64,000 bases of DNA from a virus, in IMG/VR virus record IMGVR_UViG_3300011113_000257, positions 46,858 through 110,857 of that record. One strand, written 5' to 3'. Below the pieces are notes generated by a model that was not told the DNA's origin, ran no database searches, and saw nothing but the letters and a program-made list of their open reading frames with translations. Made by a program: the position numbers and the translations under genes. Positions 16,160-26,000 of the stretch are shown here, piece after piece. The stretch's first letter is position 1; every line of letters begins with the position of its first letter.

Positions 16160-16560
16160 CCTTAAAGTTATCCACAGGCGCACCCTGATTCCAACTATAG
16201 TACCGACTATAACATAAAAAAACTAAACATTAAACATAAAACATAAAAGTCAACTATATTTTACCAACCCCCCTAAGCGCACGCATACGCGCGTATGGAA
16301 AATATAGTTAACTTTTATGTATGGTGTATAGTTATTTTAGTGTTACTAGTCAGATTATTTTATCCGAAAATATTTTTTTCTGCTAGTAACTTACCACTTC
16401 GACTCATTTCGACCCGAAACTAAACATTAAAAAACCATACACTATAAACCATACACTAAACATAAAAGTCGACTATATTTCCCAGACCAAAATCACAAAT
16501 CCAACACAAAGTTATCCACAGCCCTTACCTCAAAAATTGCCACATCACCCCCCTTGACAG
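16160..16560. other. putative replication origin
   Basis: ORF-free AT-skewed region at the strand switch; DnaA boxes TTATCCACA at 16168-16176 and 16512-16520; 22-bp repeat x3; 14-bp palindrome. Confidence 0.6.
16241..16480. repeat. ACATAAAAGTYRACTATATTT repeat x3 (inverted pair 16241-16262/16299-16320, direct copy 16460-16480)
   Basis: Read directly; about 1 mismatch between copies. Confidence 0.9.
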
Positions 16561-16582
16561 ACCCAAATCCAAGGAGTAACCT
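16554..16582 (+). promoter_or_regulatory. sigma-A-type promoter TTGACA-17-TAACCT
   Basis: Consensus spacing; ATG 6 nt downstream. Confidence 0.75.
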
Positions 16583-16588
16583 ACCGAT

Positions 16589-16897
16589 ATGAATTCTGAA
16601 ATATACCTGACTCTTGAAGAGTACAACGATTTTGTGTCACAGGCACATGCTCAATATATGATAAACCGTCTGCAACATACTCCGTCAGACACCTACAAAA
16701 AGTATCATCCGTCTGACCTTGCAATCGAAACCGCATCATTCTTTGAAGCGTCCTATTTAGTGCTTGACTCCTATCTAGATATAATCACAGCACGACTACG
16801 CGCAGAGAGAGAAGCAAAACAAGAACCCGTAGAACCATTCTTTGACCACAAACCAACCAAGCCAAAGAAGGAAAGAAAGCAAGTAAAAGAGAAATGA
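16589..16897 (+). CDS. hypothetical protein
   Basis: 102-aa ORF directly after the promoter. Confidence 0.7.
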   Translation: MNSEIYLTLEEYNDFVSQAHAQYMINRLQHTPSDTYKKYHPSDLAIETASFFEASYLVLDSYLDIITARLRAEREAKQEPVEPFFDHKPTKPKKERKQVKEK

Positions 16898-17380
16898 GAT
16901 ATTTAATGAAAAAAATTAAACTAATAAAAACCAACCGACTCCTAAAAAAGCACGTTGGTAAATCAACTTACTGGGATTAAGTAGGAGAACTAATGACACA
17001 TATGATTTCGGTAGGGACACACGAATTATTACTAAACCTGTTTGAGGAAAAGATAGACCTAGAAACATTTAAGAATCTTTCTAATCTACCTGAAGAAGAA
17101 CTCAACGCAATTTTAGAACTCTTATTAGAAACAGGTTGCTAAAACTAATGTCTATGTTTCGCATATTTGTTTTAACTACGGCTACAGGATTGGCATGGCT
17201 TACTTTATTTAATCAGTTAAATAGAGAGACTATTATAAAAACTACCCTGTTTTCATTATTTCTTTCTTTTGTATTATCTTTGATTAAGAACAAGCAACAA
17301 AAATAAATAAGCAATTCATTATATCCGCAACGACAAACAAAATTGGACAATCAAAAAAGTCCAATAAAGAAAGGGCTTTT

Positions 17381-17671
17381 ATGCTTCTTAGAAAGTATAT
17401 CGGAGAGACACTATTAAAAGAACGCACCAAGCAAGGAAGAACACTAAGAGACGTATCTACTCAAGCAACTGTTTCTCTAGGATATCTATCTGAACTAGAA
17501 AGAGGTCTAAAGGAAGTTTCTTCTGAACTCTTAAATGCAATCTGCGAGGCTTTAGTTATAAGCCCCGTTGACCTGTTAATAGATGTAACTGCATCTATGA
17601 GCCAAGATTTAGGGAGGGAGTTGGATAATGAGTTATATTCCATCAACCATAAAGAATCAATTAGTATCTAA
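17381..17671 (+). CDS. clgR: ClgR-like XRE/HTH transcriptional regulator
   Basis: IGETL..ERTKQGRTLRDVS..ATVSLGYLSELERGLKEVSSELLNAICEAL matches the actinobacterial ClgR HTH signature. Confidence 0.75.
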   Translation: MLLRKYIGETLLKERTKQGRTLRDVSTQATVSLGYLSELERGLKEVSSELLNAICEALVISPVDLLIDVTASMSQDLGRELDNELYSINHKESISI

Positions 17672-17918
17672 ACTTCTAGACCTAAACGATAAGTCAGCAT
17701 TCCTTAGAGACCAAAATCCCTCCTATAAAAAAGTAGTATGCACAGCAATAGTTGAGACACTAGAAAAAGGACTTAGAGAGTGTTATGCAAGAGAGATACT
17801 TGCTTATCACGAAGTGGAGTGTCAGAATGATGGCTACCCATATTCCTGTACCTGTAGAGATGTTGCAGACATGATTATTGGAGAGATTTTAGGGGATGAA
17901 ATTGGTGAATTTAAGTGA
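17628..17918 (+). CDS. hypothetical protein
   Basis: 96-aa ORF in operon. Confidence 0.6.
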   Translation: MSYIPSTIKNQLVSKLLDLNDKSAFLRDQNPSYKKVVCTAIVETLEKGLRECYAREILAYHEVECQNDGYPYSCTCRDVADMIIGEILGDEIGEFK

Positions 17919-18322
17919 AGAACTCTGACTTTGATATTGACTTCTCTAACGGAAGAGCAGGGGAAGACTCTGTTGCCCAAGTATTAAACATCTCTACCGT
18001 TGAAGTTAAGCGCGACCTAAAATGGTTTGACACCAATAACTTCTTTATAGAGTACGAATGCTTTAACATCACCCAAAACAAATACATCCCAAGCGGTCTT
18101 AAAACCACCAAGGCTACGCACTACGTCTTTGTTTTAGGTGACACTTTTATAGGGCTTCCGACCCAGCAACTAAAAGATTTAATCAACAAGAAGTTCCATG
18201 AAGGTACCCTAAGAGATGTAGACTGCTATATACCACCAAACCAAAGCAGGGGTTATCTTGTCACCGTTCAAGACATTCTGGAATACCAAAAAGAAAAAGG
18301 AAGAGAACTTACAAATGCATAG
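17915..18322 (+). CDS. PD-(D/E)XK-like phage nuclease-fold protein
   Basis: FDIDF..G..GE...VEVKRD...NFFIEYEC...SGL.TTKA. Confidence 0.6.
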   Translation: MKNSDFDIDFSNGRAGEDSVAQVLNISTVEVKRDLKWFDTNNFFIEYECFNITQNKYIPSGLKTTKATHYVFVLGDTFIGLPTQQLKDLINKKFHEGTLRDVDCYIPPNQSRGYLVTVQDILEYQKEKGRELTNA

Positions 18323-18752
18323 TTCCGTAAACCCAAAAGACATTGCTTCCTACGGTGAACTTTTAGAAGAACTTCATAGGTATCAAAAGATGACTGCAAA
18401 CCTTGCACACTTCCAAGACATCACCTATGAGTTAGCAACTATTCATCAAAAACAAGGAGATATCTGTTTAGGTTGTCCCCGTTCTATGACTGCCAAAGAT
18501 GGTGTCATCTACGGTAAGTATTCTGAATGCAGTGTTGCTATCTGCATTGAAAAGCATAAGATAACTCCTAACCTAATGACCCGTCACGACATGGGAATAC
18601 AGATTAATAAACTTACAAATAAAATAAATAAGTTAGAAGAGCAACTTAAGAATATTAAAGAAGAACACTGCGAAGTTGCAGAAGGTGTTTGCAGTTTAAA
18701 CCCGTGCCCAACAAAACATTTCTGCATAACATCTGGTTTTACTAAGGGGTAG
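18315..18752 (+). CDS. Cys-containing hypothetical protein with coiled coil
   Basis: Start re-called at MHSSV. Confidence 0.6.
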   Translation: MHSSVNPKDIASYGELLEELHRYQKMTANLAHFQDITYELATIHQKQGDICLGCPRSMTAKDGVIYGKYSECSVAICIEKHKITPNLMTRHDMGIQINKLTNKINKLEEQLKNIKEEHCEVAEGVCSLNPCPTKHFCITSGFTKG

Positions 18753-18761
18753 AATATGAAG

Positions 18762-18926
18762 ATGGAATACTACACACCTACATTTATCAAAAAGAAAATG
18801 GATGCCATCAAGCGCGTTCGCAACCTACACCAACCCAAAATGTGGAGTTTGCACGATGTTAAAGATATATGTTCAGAATGCAAAGTTCCATACCCCTGCA
18901 ACACCATTAAAGCATTAGACGGTTAG
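18762..18926 (+). CDS. 54-aa LH.P...CSEC..YPC.TI.AL Zn-binding protein (not in ORF track)
   Basis: Hand translation; ATG 6 nt after TAGAAT. Confidence 0.65.
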   Translation: MEYYTPTFIKKKMDAIKRVRNLHQPKMWSLHDVKDICSECKVPYPCNTIKALDG

Positions 18927-19092
18927 TAGCGCGAGAACATACCTGTAAGTTTTGCGGAGTATTACTTACAGCAACATCTGTAAAAAAGATTGAGAAAGAG
19001 TACGAACTTCACATCAAAACCGACTACCATATATCTCAAGTAGAGTTAATAAAAGAGATACGCAAGCAAAGACTTCTTTTACTAGGAAACAA

Positions 19093-19377
19093 ATGAGCGA
19101 TAAAGAGAACGAAGAAGAAGAAGAATACCTAGCAGGTGTACGAGAATCTATGCAAGGTTTATCTGACGCTCTAACAGCAAGACTAGAGAGAATGCAAATG
19201 TTTCACAGATACACTCAAGCAATGATGCGAGACGATTTTGTTGGGATGGTAGAGGCTCTTGGCTATTCAGAGGATATTCTTAAAGATATGACGTACCCAG
19301 AGATAATGGAATCAATGGTTGTACGAGTAGCAGACTTAGCAAAAGAAGTTGGCTTCGACATAAATGGCAAAGATTAA
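19093..19377 (+). CDS. hypothetical protein
   Basis: 94-aa ORF with SD. Confidence 0.65.
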   Translation: MSDKENEEEEEYLAGVRESMQGLSDALTARLERMQMFHRYTQAMMRDDFVGMVEALGYSEDILKDMTYPEIMESMVVRVADLAKEVGFDINGKD

Positions 19378-19549
19378 AAGGTTCAAATAATGTGTAATCA
19401 AATGGAAGATGCTGCGCATGTTTATAAAATGAAAAAAGAAGTTTGGTTAGAAGTACTAAGCGATTACCCAAGCGAAGGCGAAGAAGAGCGGTTATGGCAT
19501 TGCTTGCATGGCAGGGCTTATGGAATCAACTGCAAAAAATGCGAGAGAG

Positions 19550-19972
19550 ATGACGATGACTAAACCAAAAGCAATCATTGTTGATATTGATGGAACCGTC
19601 TCACACAAAAACGATAGAGATATTTACGACTACGAAAAGTCTCTTGATGATTCCTCTGACGCAGTAATCATTGAAATAGTTAAATCTCTCTGGCTCCAGA
19701 ACTACAAGATTATTTTTATAACAGGTCGCTCGGACGAATGTATTGCAGTAACCCGTGAGTGGCTACGACTTCATTGTCCTCCATACATCGGTCTTTATAT
19801 GCGACAAGCAGGAGACTTCCGTAAGGACTCAATCATTAAGAAAGAACTCTATGACCAATACGTTAAAGACCAATACGATGTGCTTTGCGTATTTGATGAC
19901 CGCAATCAGGTTGTGGACATGTGGCGCGAGATTGGTCTTAAGTGTCTACAAGTACAGCCAGGAGATTTTTAA
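19550..19972 (+). CDS. HAD phosphatase, polynucleotide kinase-phosphatase (PseT) 3'-phosphatase-like domain
   Basis: DIDGT, ITGR, MR..GDFRKD.I.K, FDDRNQVVDMWR. Confidence 0.9.
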   Translation: MTMTKPKAIIVDIDGTVSHKNDRDIYDYEKSLDDSSDAVIIEIVKSLWLQNYKIIFITGRSDECIAVTREWLRLHCPPYIGLYMRQAGDFRKDSIIKKELYDQYVKDQYDVLCVFDDRNQVVDMWREIGLKCLQVQPGDF

Positions 19973-20215
19973 GTGGAACGCTCTTTCGAGGATAAGTTAG
20001 AAATTGTAGCATCAGCGTTTTATAGTCGCTTTGATGAAGAAGGTGAAGCAGAAATTTTACAAAAGATTTTTAATTCACACGACCTATCAGGTGCTGTTGC
20101 ATTAGCAGTAGTCGGAGGAGATGTCGAGATTAAATCTGACGAAGCAAAAGGTTGGATTGAAGAAACATATAGAGTTCTAGATGCTATCTTTGATTTCCCA
20201 GAGGAGGAGTCTTAA
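19973..20215 (+). CDS. acidic hypothetical protein
   Basis: 80-aa ORF. Confidence 0.65.
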   Translation: MERSFEDKLEIVASAFYSRFDEEGEAEILQKIFNSHDLSGAVALAVVGGDVEIKSDEAKGWIEETYRVLDAIFDFPEEES

Positions 20216-20350
20216 ATGAACCAAGACGATTATGAAGAAGACAATTATGAAGAAGACGTAAAAGATTCTTTAAAACTTTTTGCTTCCATTACTGTTCCCG
20301 TACTTATATTCTCTATTGCTATTTGGTTTCTATCTGCCTAGACTTATCTA

Positions 20351-20995
20351 ATGCATACATACGACGTAAGACAGATAGAATCCAAAGAGACACACGACTA
20401 CCTTCTTAACATCCACTATGCAAAGCGTCTCCCACAGATTATGTACGCATACGGTCTATTCCGAGATGACAACCTTGTTGGTGTAATTACTTATGGTCGT
20501 CCACCTGCACCGTCTGTGTCTAAGGGCGTTTTAGGAACTGAACATAAGAATCTAGTTCTTGAACTTAATCGTTTATGTCTTAAAGACAATCTTAAAAACG
20601 AAGCGTCACAACTTGTCGCAGGTTCTTTCAAACTTCTTCCTACTCCACTTGCAATTATTTCTTATGCAGATACATCACACGACCATCTCGGTATTGTGTA
20701 TCAAGCAACAAATTTTCTCTATACAGGGCTCTCATCTAAACATACAGACTGGGCAGTAAAAGGAATGGAAGGGACTCACACAAGAACTTTTAATCACATC
20801 GCTGATGCAATACCCGGAGATAAAAAGAATCTCGAAAAGATTAAAGAACTTTATGGTGACCGCTTCTACTACATTGACAGACCAAGAAAACATCGGTACA
20901 TTATCTTGTTAGGGAGCAAGTCAGAAAAAAGAACTCTTAAAAGTCTTTTGAAGTACCCTGTTCTTCCATATCCAAAAAGGAGTAAAGATGCTTGA
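20351..20995 (+). CDS. mom: Mom-family (GNAT-fold) DNA modification enzyme
   Basis: IHYAKR, GVITYG.P, LELNRL, ISYAD...H.GIVYQATNF.YTG, KHRY. Confidence 0.8.
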   Translation: MHTYDVRQIESKETHDYLLNIHYAKRLPQIMYAYGLFRDDNLVGVITYGRPPAPSVSKGVLGTEHKNLVLELNRLCLKDNLKNEASQLVAGSFKLLPTPLAIISYADTSHDHLGIVYQATNFLYTGLSSKHTDWAVKGMEGTHTRTFNHIADAIPGDKKNLEKIKELYGDRFYYIDRPRKHRYIILLGSKSEKRTLKSLLKYPVLPYPKRSKDA

Positions 20996-21224
20996 TAGCA
21001 AAGGTGATTACCACCCTAATGACCCATCTGCAGAGAACGAAAGACTGTACAGAATTTTAGATAAACTGAACAGTATTAGAAAGCACTCTCAAGTACGAGG
21101 AGACTCAGAGCAGTTTATTCTTGGCATCTTGCTAAGTACTGACATCGTAACTGCCGAAATACGTGGAGAAATTCATAAAATAGATGGCAGTAATACCCAC
21201 CCCGACCAAATACCCCTAATCTAG
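20988..21224 (+). CDS. hypothetical protein
   Basis: SD AAGGAG. Confidence 0.6.
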   Translation: MLDSKGDYHPNDPSAENERLYRILDKLNSIRKHSQVRGDSEQFILGILLSTDIVTAEIRGEIHKIDGSNTHPDQIPLI

Positions 21225-21277
21225 CACTGCTAGTATTTTAACTCTTACTCAAATACCACCCCCAAAAAAGGATACTT

Positions 21278-23332
21278 ATGTCTGCCGTCACTTTTGTTTT
21301 TCGTCTAAATGAAGAGTTTGTTGCTTCTTATAAAGATAAGAAAGCACCATTTGGATATAGAGACGCAGGCGGTAACTCGGTAGGTGAAATTACTTTCCTA
21401 CGCACTTACTCACGCAAGAAAGAAGACGGCACTAAGGAAACTTGGGTGGATGTTTGTGAGCGCGTTATTAACGGAATGTACTCGCTTCAGAAGGAACACT
21501 GCAAGACTAATCGTCTTCCTTGGTCTGATGCTAAGGCTCAGGCTTCTGCAAAAGAAGCATTCGACCGTTTGTTCCATCTCAAGTGGACACCACCAGGTCG
21601 CGGACTTTGGGTTATGGGAACTCCGATTGTAAACGTACAAAAGAACTCCGCAGCACTACAGAACTGCGCGTTTGTATCAACACTTGAAATGACTAAGAAC
21701 AATCCTGCTAAGCCATTTGGTTTCTTAATGGAAGCATCAATGCTTGGCGTTGGCGTTGGCTTTGATGATAAGGGTGCTGAAAAAGAATTCACTATCTACG
21801 CACCTAAATCAGAGTGCACAACAATGGTTATCCCAGATACTCGCGAGGGCTGGGTTGAATCAACTGTTGAACTTATTAACTCTTACCTAAAGGCAGACCA
21901 CAACTGCTTAGAATTTGACTACTCAGAGATTCGTCCTGCTGGCGCACCTATTGCAACTTTTGGTGGAACAGCAGCAGGTCACGAACCTTTAGAGCGTCTA
22001 CATAACTACATCCACAAACTATTCAAAGGACGCGCTGGTGAACTCGTTACTAAAAAAGATATTGCTGATATCGGCAATCTTATTGGCGTTTGTGTTGTTA
22101 GCGGTAATGTTCGTCGTAGTGCTGAACTTCTTATTGGCTCCATTGATGACGCTGATTTCCTTAATCTTAAAAACGCTGATGTATTCCCCGAACGAAACTC
22201 CTACGACCCCGACGCTCCTGGCTGGGGTTGGATGTCTAATAACTCGGTAGCAGTTAGCGTAGGTCAAGACCTTTCACCAATCGTTGATGGTATTGCTCGC
22301 AACGGCGAGCCAGGTGTTATTTGGATGGACGTATCAAAGAAGTACGGTCGTCTTGCTGACCCAATCAACAACAAAGACCATCGCATTGCTGGCTACAATC
22401 CTTGTGCAGAACAGTCACTTGAATCATTTGAAATGTGCACCTTAGTTGAAACATACCTAAACCGTCACGATTCATTAGAGGACTACAACCGCACACTTAA
22501 GTTTGCATACCTCTACGCTAAGACTGTAACTCTTCTTCCAACACACTGGGAAGAAACAAATGCAATCATGCAACGTAACCGTCGTATCGGAACCTCGATG
22601 TCAGGCGTAGCAAACTTTGCTGACCGTAAGGGTTTACCTGTTCTCCGTGACTGGATGGATAAGGGCTACGAGAATGTTAAGAAGTATGACACTATCTATT
22701 CAGAGTGGTTAGGTATTCGTGAATCAATCAAAACAACAACCGTCAAGCCATCAGGAACAGTATCTATCCTTGCTGGTGAATCGCCCGGAGTTCACTGGAC
22801 ACCAGGTGGAAAGTTTTTCAACCGAGCAATACGCTTTGCAAATTCTGACCCTATGCTCCCACTTTTCAAAATGGCAAACTACAGAGTCGAACCAGCAAGC
22901 GAATCCCCAGACACCACTTCAGTAGTGTTCTTCCCAATCAAGTCTGATGCAGAACGCGCAGAACGCGACGTAACCATCTTTGAGAAGATGTCACTTGCTG
23001 CAGTTGCTCAGCGTTACTGGTCAGATAACTCAGTATCCGTTACCGTTTCATTCGACCCAGACACTGAAGCAGAGCATGTTGGAACTGTCTTGCATATGTA
23101 CGACGGTCAGTTAAAGACTGTTTCATTCCTACCTTCAGGTAACTTCACTTACCCACAGATGCCTTACACGCAGATTACTGAAGAAGAATATGAAGCAGAA
23201 CTTTTAAAGTTGTTCCCAATCGACTTCACTGGTGTCTATGCAGGTATGGCAGCAGATGCAATCGGCGAAGCGTACTGCACCACCGATGCTTGCGAAATCA
23301 AACTCATTACAGAGAACAACAAGGATAAGTAG
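21278..23332 (+). CDS. nrdJ: class II (AdoCbl-dependent) ribonucleotide reductase
   Basis: FLRTYSR, PPGRGLW, NC, GNVRRSAE, NPCAEQ, TTVKPSGTVS, C-terminal CTTDAC. Confidence 0.95.
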   Translation: MSAVTFVFRLNEEFVASYKDKKAPFGYRDAGGNSVGEITFLRTYSRKKEDGTKETWVDVCERVINGMYSLQKEHCKTNRLPWSDAKAQASAKEAFDRLFHLKWTPPGRGLWVMGTPIVNVQKNSAALQNCAFVSTLEMTKNNPAKPFGFLMEASMLGVGVGFDDKGAEKEFTIYAPKSECTTMVIPDTREGWVESTVELINSYLKADHNCLEFDYSEIRPAGAPIATFGGTAAGHEPLERLHNYIHKLFKGRAGELVTKKDIADIGNLIGVCVVSGNVRRSAELLIGSIDDADFLNLKNADVFPERNSYDPDAPGWGWMSNNSVAVSVGQDLSPIVDGIARNGEPGVIWMDVSKKYGRLADPINNKDHRIAGYNPCAEQSLESFEMCTLVETYLNRHDSLEDYNRTLKFAYLYAKTVTLLPTHWEETNAIMQRNRRIGTSMSGVANFADRKGLPVLRDWMDKGYENVKKYDTIYSEWLGIRESIKTTTVKPSGTVSILAGESPGVHWTPGGKFFNRAIRFANSDPMLPLFKMANYRVEPASESPDTTSVVFFPIKSDAERAERDVTIFEKMSLAAVAQRYWSDNSVSVTVSFDPDTEAEHVGTVLHMYDGQLKTVSFLPSGNFTYPQMPYTQITEEEYEAELLKLFPIDFTGVYAGMAADAIGEAYCTTDACEIKLITENNKDK

Positions 23333-23649
23333 TGGCAATACTGAATCTAAAAACAAACGAGTTCGACAAGTTTATTGCCAACGCAGAAGTCCCAGTAGTC
23401 GTTGATTACTGGGCAACTTGGTGTTCACCTTGCAAGATGGTTCTACCAATTCTTGAAGAACTTTCTACTGATTATGAAGGCAAGGTAATTATTGCTAAGG
23501 TAGATGTTGACGCAGAACCAGAACTTATGGATGGTATCCGTTCTGTTCCGACAATCCGCGTCTTTCAAAAAGGCAAGAAAGTCAAGGAAATTGTTGGAGC
23601 AAAGAATAAGCCAGCGTTGCTCAAGGAACTAGAAGACTACTTAGGGTAG
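23332..23649 (+). CDS. trxA: thioredoxin
   Basis: VVVDYWATWCSPC, IRSVPT. Confidence 0.9.
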   Translation: MAILNLKTNEFDKFIANAEVPVVVDYWATWCSPCKMVLPILEELSTDYEGKVIIAKVDVDAEPELMDGIRSVPTIRVFQKGKKVKEIVGAKNKPALLKELEDYLG

Positions 23650-23658
23650 AATACTAAT

Positions 23659-23847
23659 ATGCCTACATATGATTACACCTGCTCAAATGAGCACGTCTAC
23701 ACAGAAGAGCGTTCAATCCACGAGGACCAGAAGATAACTGAGTGTCCAGAATGTAAAGAAACTCTTAAGCGTATTTTTATTGCTGTTCCAGTTTCTTTTC
23801 AAGCACCTGGCTTCTACGCAAAAGAACGAAAGAGTTTAGGACTGTGA
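23659..23847 (+). CDS. FmdB-family Zn-ribbon protein
   Basis: MPTYDYTC...CPEC...LKR...F...GFY. Confidence 0.85.
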   Translation: MPTYDYTCSNEHVYTEERSIHEDQKITECPECKETLKRIFIAVPVSFQAPGFYAKERKSLGL

Positions 23848-24113
23848 GCCTCCAACCACTAACAGGTTCAGGTATCCAATTAGATACAGTAACCAATACT
23901 GCTCCAGTAGAACCCGGAGACCACGACAAGTTTGCGCACTATGCTCCAAAAGATGAGATTACCTACGCACTTATTTACGGCGTTCCAATCATTGCTCTTT
24001 GCGGTAAGCAGTGGATTCCATCCAGAGACCCCAAGGGTTTTAGTATCTGCCCTGCTTGCAAAGAAATTTACGAACAACTATCTGAAGACAATCCTGACGA
24101 CTACATGTCTTGA
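23844..24113 (+). CDS. DUF3039-family protein (actinobacterial)
   Basis: EPGDHDKFAHY...ALCGK.WIPSRDP....CPACKEIYE. Confidence 0.8.
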   Translation: MSLQPLTGSGIQLDTVTNTAPVEPGDHDKFAHYAPKDEITYALIYGVPIIALCGKQWIPSRDPKGFSICPACKEIYEQLSEDNPDDYMS

Positions 24114-24189
24114 TAAACTAGACGTTGACATACGTTTGGCATAGTAAATAGGACTGTGCCTGTTTGTAACTGGAAGTACAGGCAGGAAT

Positions 24190-24711
24190 ATGAAGAAATA
24201 CAATGCGCTTATCTGCGCACTCATTTTAGTTATTGGAGCCTCGGCTGTCCCAGCCTTAGGTCTTAATAGAGGCGATTACCAATTAAAAGAATCTAAATCT
24301 AACCAAGTAATTAAAACTGGTAAATGGACTACTTTAAATTTTAAGGGCGATGACTCCCTTAAAAGAACAAAAAACTACCGAACCCTGTTCTGCACAAAGG
24401 TTCATCTTGATACCAGAAAAGGTTCTCCCACCTATGTGAAGGTACGCTTTGCTCGCGTCAAAGGCGGACCAAATGACACCACTGGAACAAATACTTGGGT
24501 CACCAAAGGGTTTACAGGTAGATATTGGCAAGGCGCTCTGTGCTGGACTATAGACACAAAATACCCGATTGTAGCCCAAATCAAGATTGAAGGACCTAAG
24601 AAAACCTACACTTCACACCTTCGTCAGTTCAAGGCTTGGTCTCCACCTTATGAACTCCCGGCTGATATGACAACACCCGCTCCAACTGCTACGGTGGATG
24701 TAGTTCAATAG
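24190..24711 (+). CDS. secreted hypothetical protein
   Basis: N-terminal signal peptide; paralogous to the next gene. Confidence 0.75.
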   Translation: MKKYNALICALILVIGASAVPALGLNRGDYQLKESKSNQVIKTGKWTTLNFKGDDSLKRTKNYRTLFCTKVHLDTRKGSPTYVKVRFARVKGGPNDTTGTNTWVTKGFTGRYWQGALCWTIDTKYPIVAQIKIEGPKKTYTSHLRQFKAWSPPYELPADMTTPAPTATVDVVQ

Positions 24712-24744
24712 AGTAAAATAAAACTCTACTTAGAAAGGACGACA

Positions 24745-25137
24745 ATGACTGTTGAATATGTTTCATGGAAAGCAGGCGACCCAAAGATTAAACCTGCTCC
24801 ACAGGTAATCAAGCCTAAGACTTGGACACAACTAGATTTTGGTGCACAAGATTCAATTGTTCCTAAAAACTCAGGTATTGCTAACTGGGCATTTTACTTA
24901 AACGTAAGCAAAGATGGCGGAGCAAAGCATATGAAGATTCGCTTTACTCGCGATATCGGAACTAAGGATGCAGACTTTACTGGTCAGCGTATGCTCGACC
25001 TAACATTAGACAACATCCACTCAGGTACTTGGTTCTTTAAGGCTAACAAGGGTCAACCAGTTGGTCTTGAGGTTTACCACGAAGGAACAACCGCAATGAC
25101 AATCATCACTCGTGAATTGAAGATGTGGATTCCGTAA
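24745..25137 (+). CDS. hypothetical beta-rich protein, paralog of 24190..24711
   Basis: QVIKPKTWTQLDF vs QVIKTGKWTTLNF; KIRFTR vs KVRFAR. Confidence 0.75.
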   Translation: MTVEYVSWKAGDPKIKPAPQVIKPKTWTQLDFGAQDSIVPKNSGIANWAFYLNVSKDGGAKHMKIRFTRDIGTKDADFTGQRMLDLTLDNIHSGTWFFKANKGQPVGLEVYHEGTTAMTIITRELKMWIP

Positions 25138-25690
25138 CCTTTAATCTGAAGAGGCGGTAGATTTTTCTACCGTCTTTTCTTTTTTTCCAAACACGGAAGA
25201 ATCCAAGTTCAGAACCAATCACGCGAACTCTTTTATAAACTCCTGTGCGGGTTCCTTCTGTATCAGAACCTGCTTGGTCACTTGTTGTATCACCCTCGAC
25301 AACTTCATAACCAACTGTTAACCCCCACTTGCGAACCACCCCAACAACAATACCTACATGCGTTGCTCTTCCTTCTTTCTCGAAGTCATAGAACGCTAGG
25401 TCTCCTTCTTTAACTCTCCACCATTGTATCTGTTCAGAGTTTTTAAGTAAGTGTTCATAACCAATATTACAAGACGCAAACCCTTTTTTACTTGAAACTT
25501 CAACTAACTCACTTGCACCGATTTTTGCAAAGCACCACGAAACGAACATGGCAGAGTATGGATTGTTGTTTAACCCGTACCACTTTCCGTACTTACTATC
25601 TCGATTAGGTCCGTTGGTGTAACCAACCTCTTCTAAAGCGACACTTATAAGTTCGGACTTGGAAGTTTTAATCTTCGGAGGATTCTGCAT
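25106..25690 (-). CDS. CHAP-domain amidase-like protein (catalytic Cys replaced by Ser)
   Basis: KYGKWYG...PYSAMFVSWCF, GFASC, GDL.FYDF, HVGIV, EGDT. Confidence 0.75.
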   Translation of the reverse strand: MQNPPKIKTSKSELISVALEEVGYTNGPNRDSKYGKWYGLNNNPYSAMFVSWCFAKIGASELVEVSSKKGFASCNIGYEHLLKNSEQIQWWRVKEGDLAFYDFEKEGRATHVGIVVGVVRKWGLTVGYEVVEGDTTSDQAGSDTEGTRTGVYKRVRVIGSELGFFRVWKKRKDGRKIYRLFRLKVTESTSSIHE

Positions 25691-26000
25691 TTTCCAGTTT
25701 CTTTTGCTCTTTACGTTCTTTCACAACATTCTCGACTGTCTTATTCTTCCAGTGTACCGTCTTTACTCTGGACATATAGAACGAACGAAACACGGAGTAC
25801 CCTTTTCGACCACCAACAACATCAATCCATTCAGCAGTTGGAGTCTTAACATGCTTAACAAATCTAAATCTACCTGCCTCACCAGTAATAGATAGTTCTG
25901 TACCAGCAACTACAGTTCGACCATTAACTTGAATCTCATTCTTTACTGTCCAAGTATCTGGATATGCTTTGGTTTTTCCCTTGCTAGATTTTTTCATCAT
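25668..26000 (-). CDS. basic hypothetical actinophage protein, leaderless
   Basis: G..GRFRFVKHV...EWIDVVGG...FRSF; promoter 26007-26035. Confidence 0.7.
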   Translation of the reverse strand: MMKKSSKGKTKAYPDTWTVKNEIQVNGRTVVAGTELSITGEAGRFRFVKHVKTPTAEWIDVVGGRKGYSVFRSFYMSRVKTVHWKNKTVENVVKERKEQKKLENAESSED

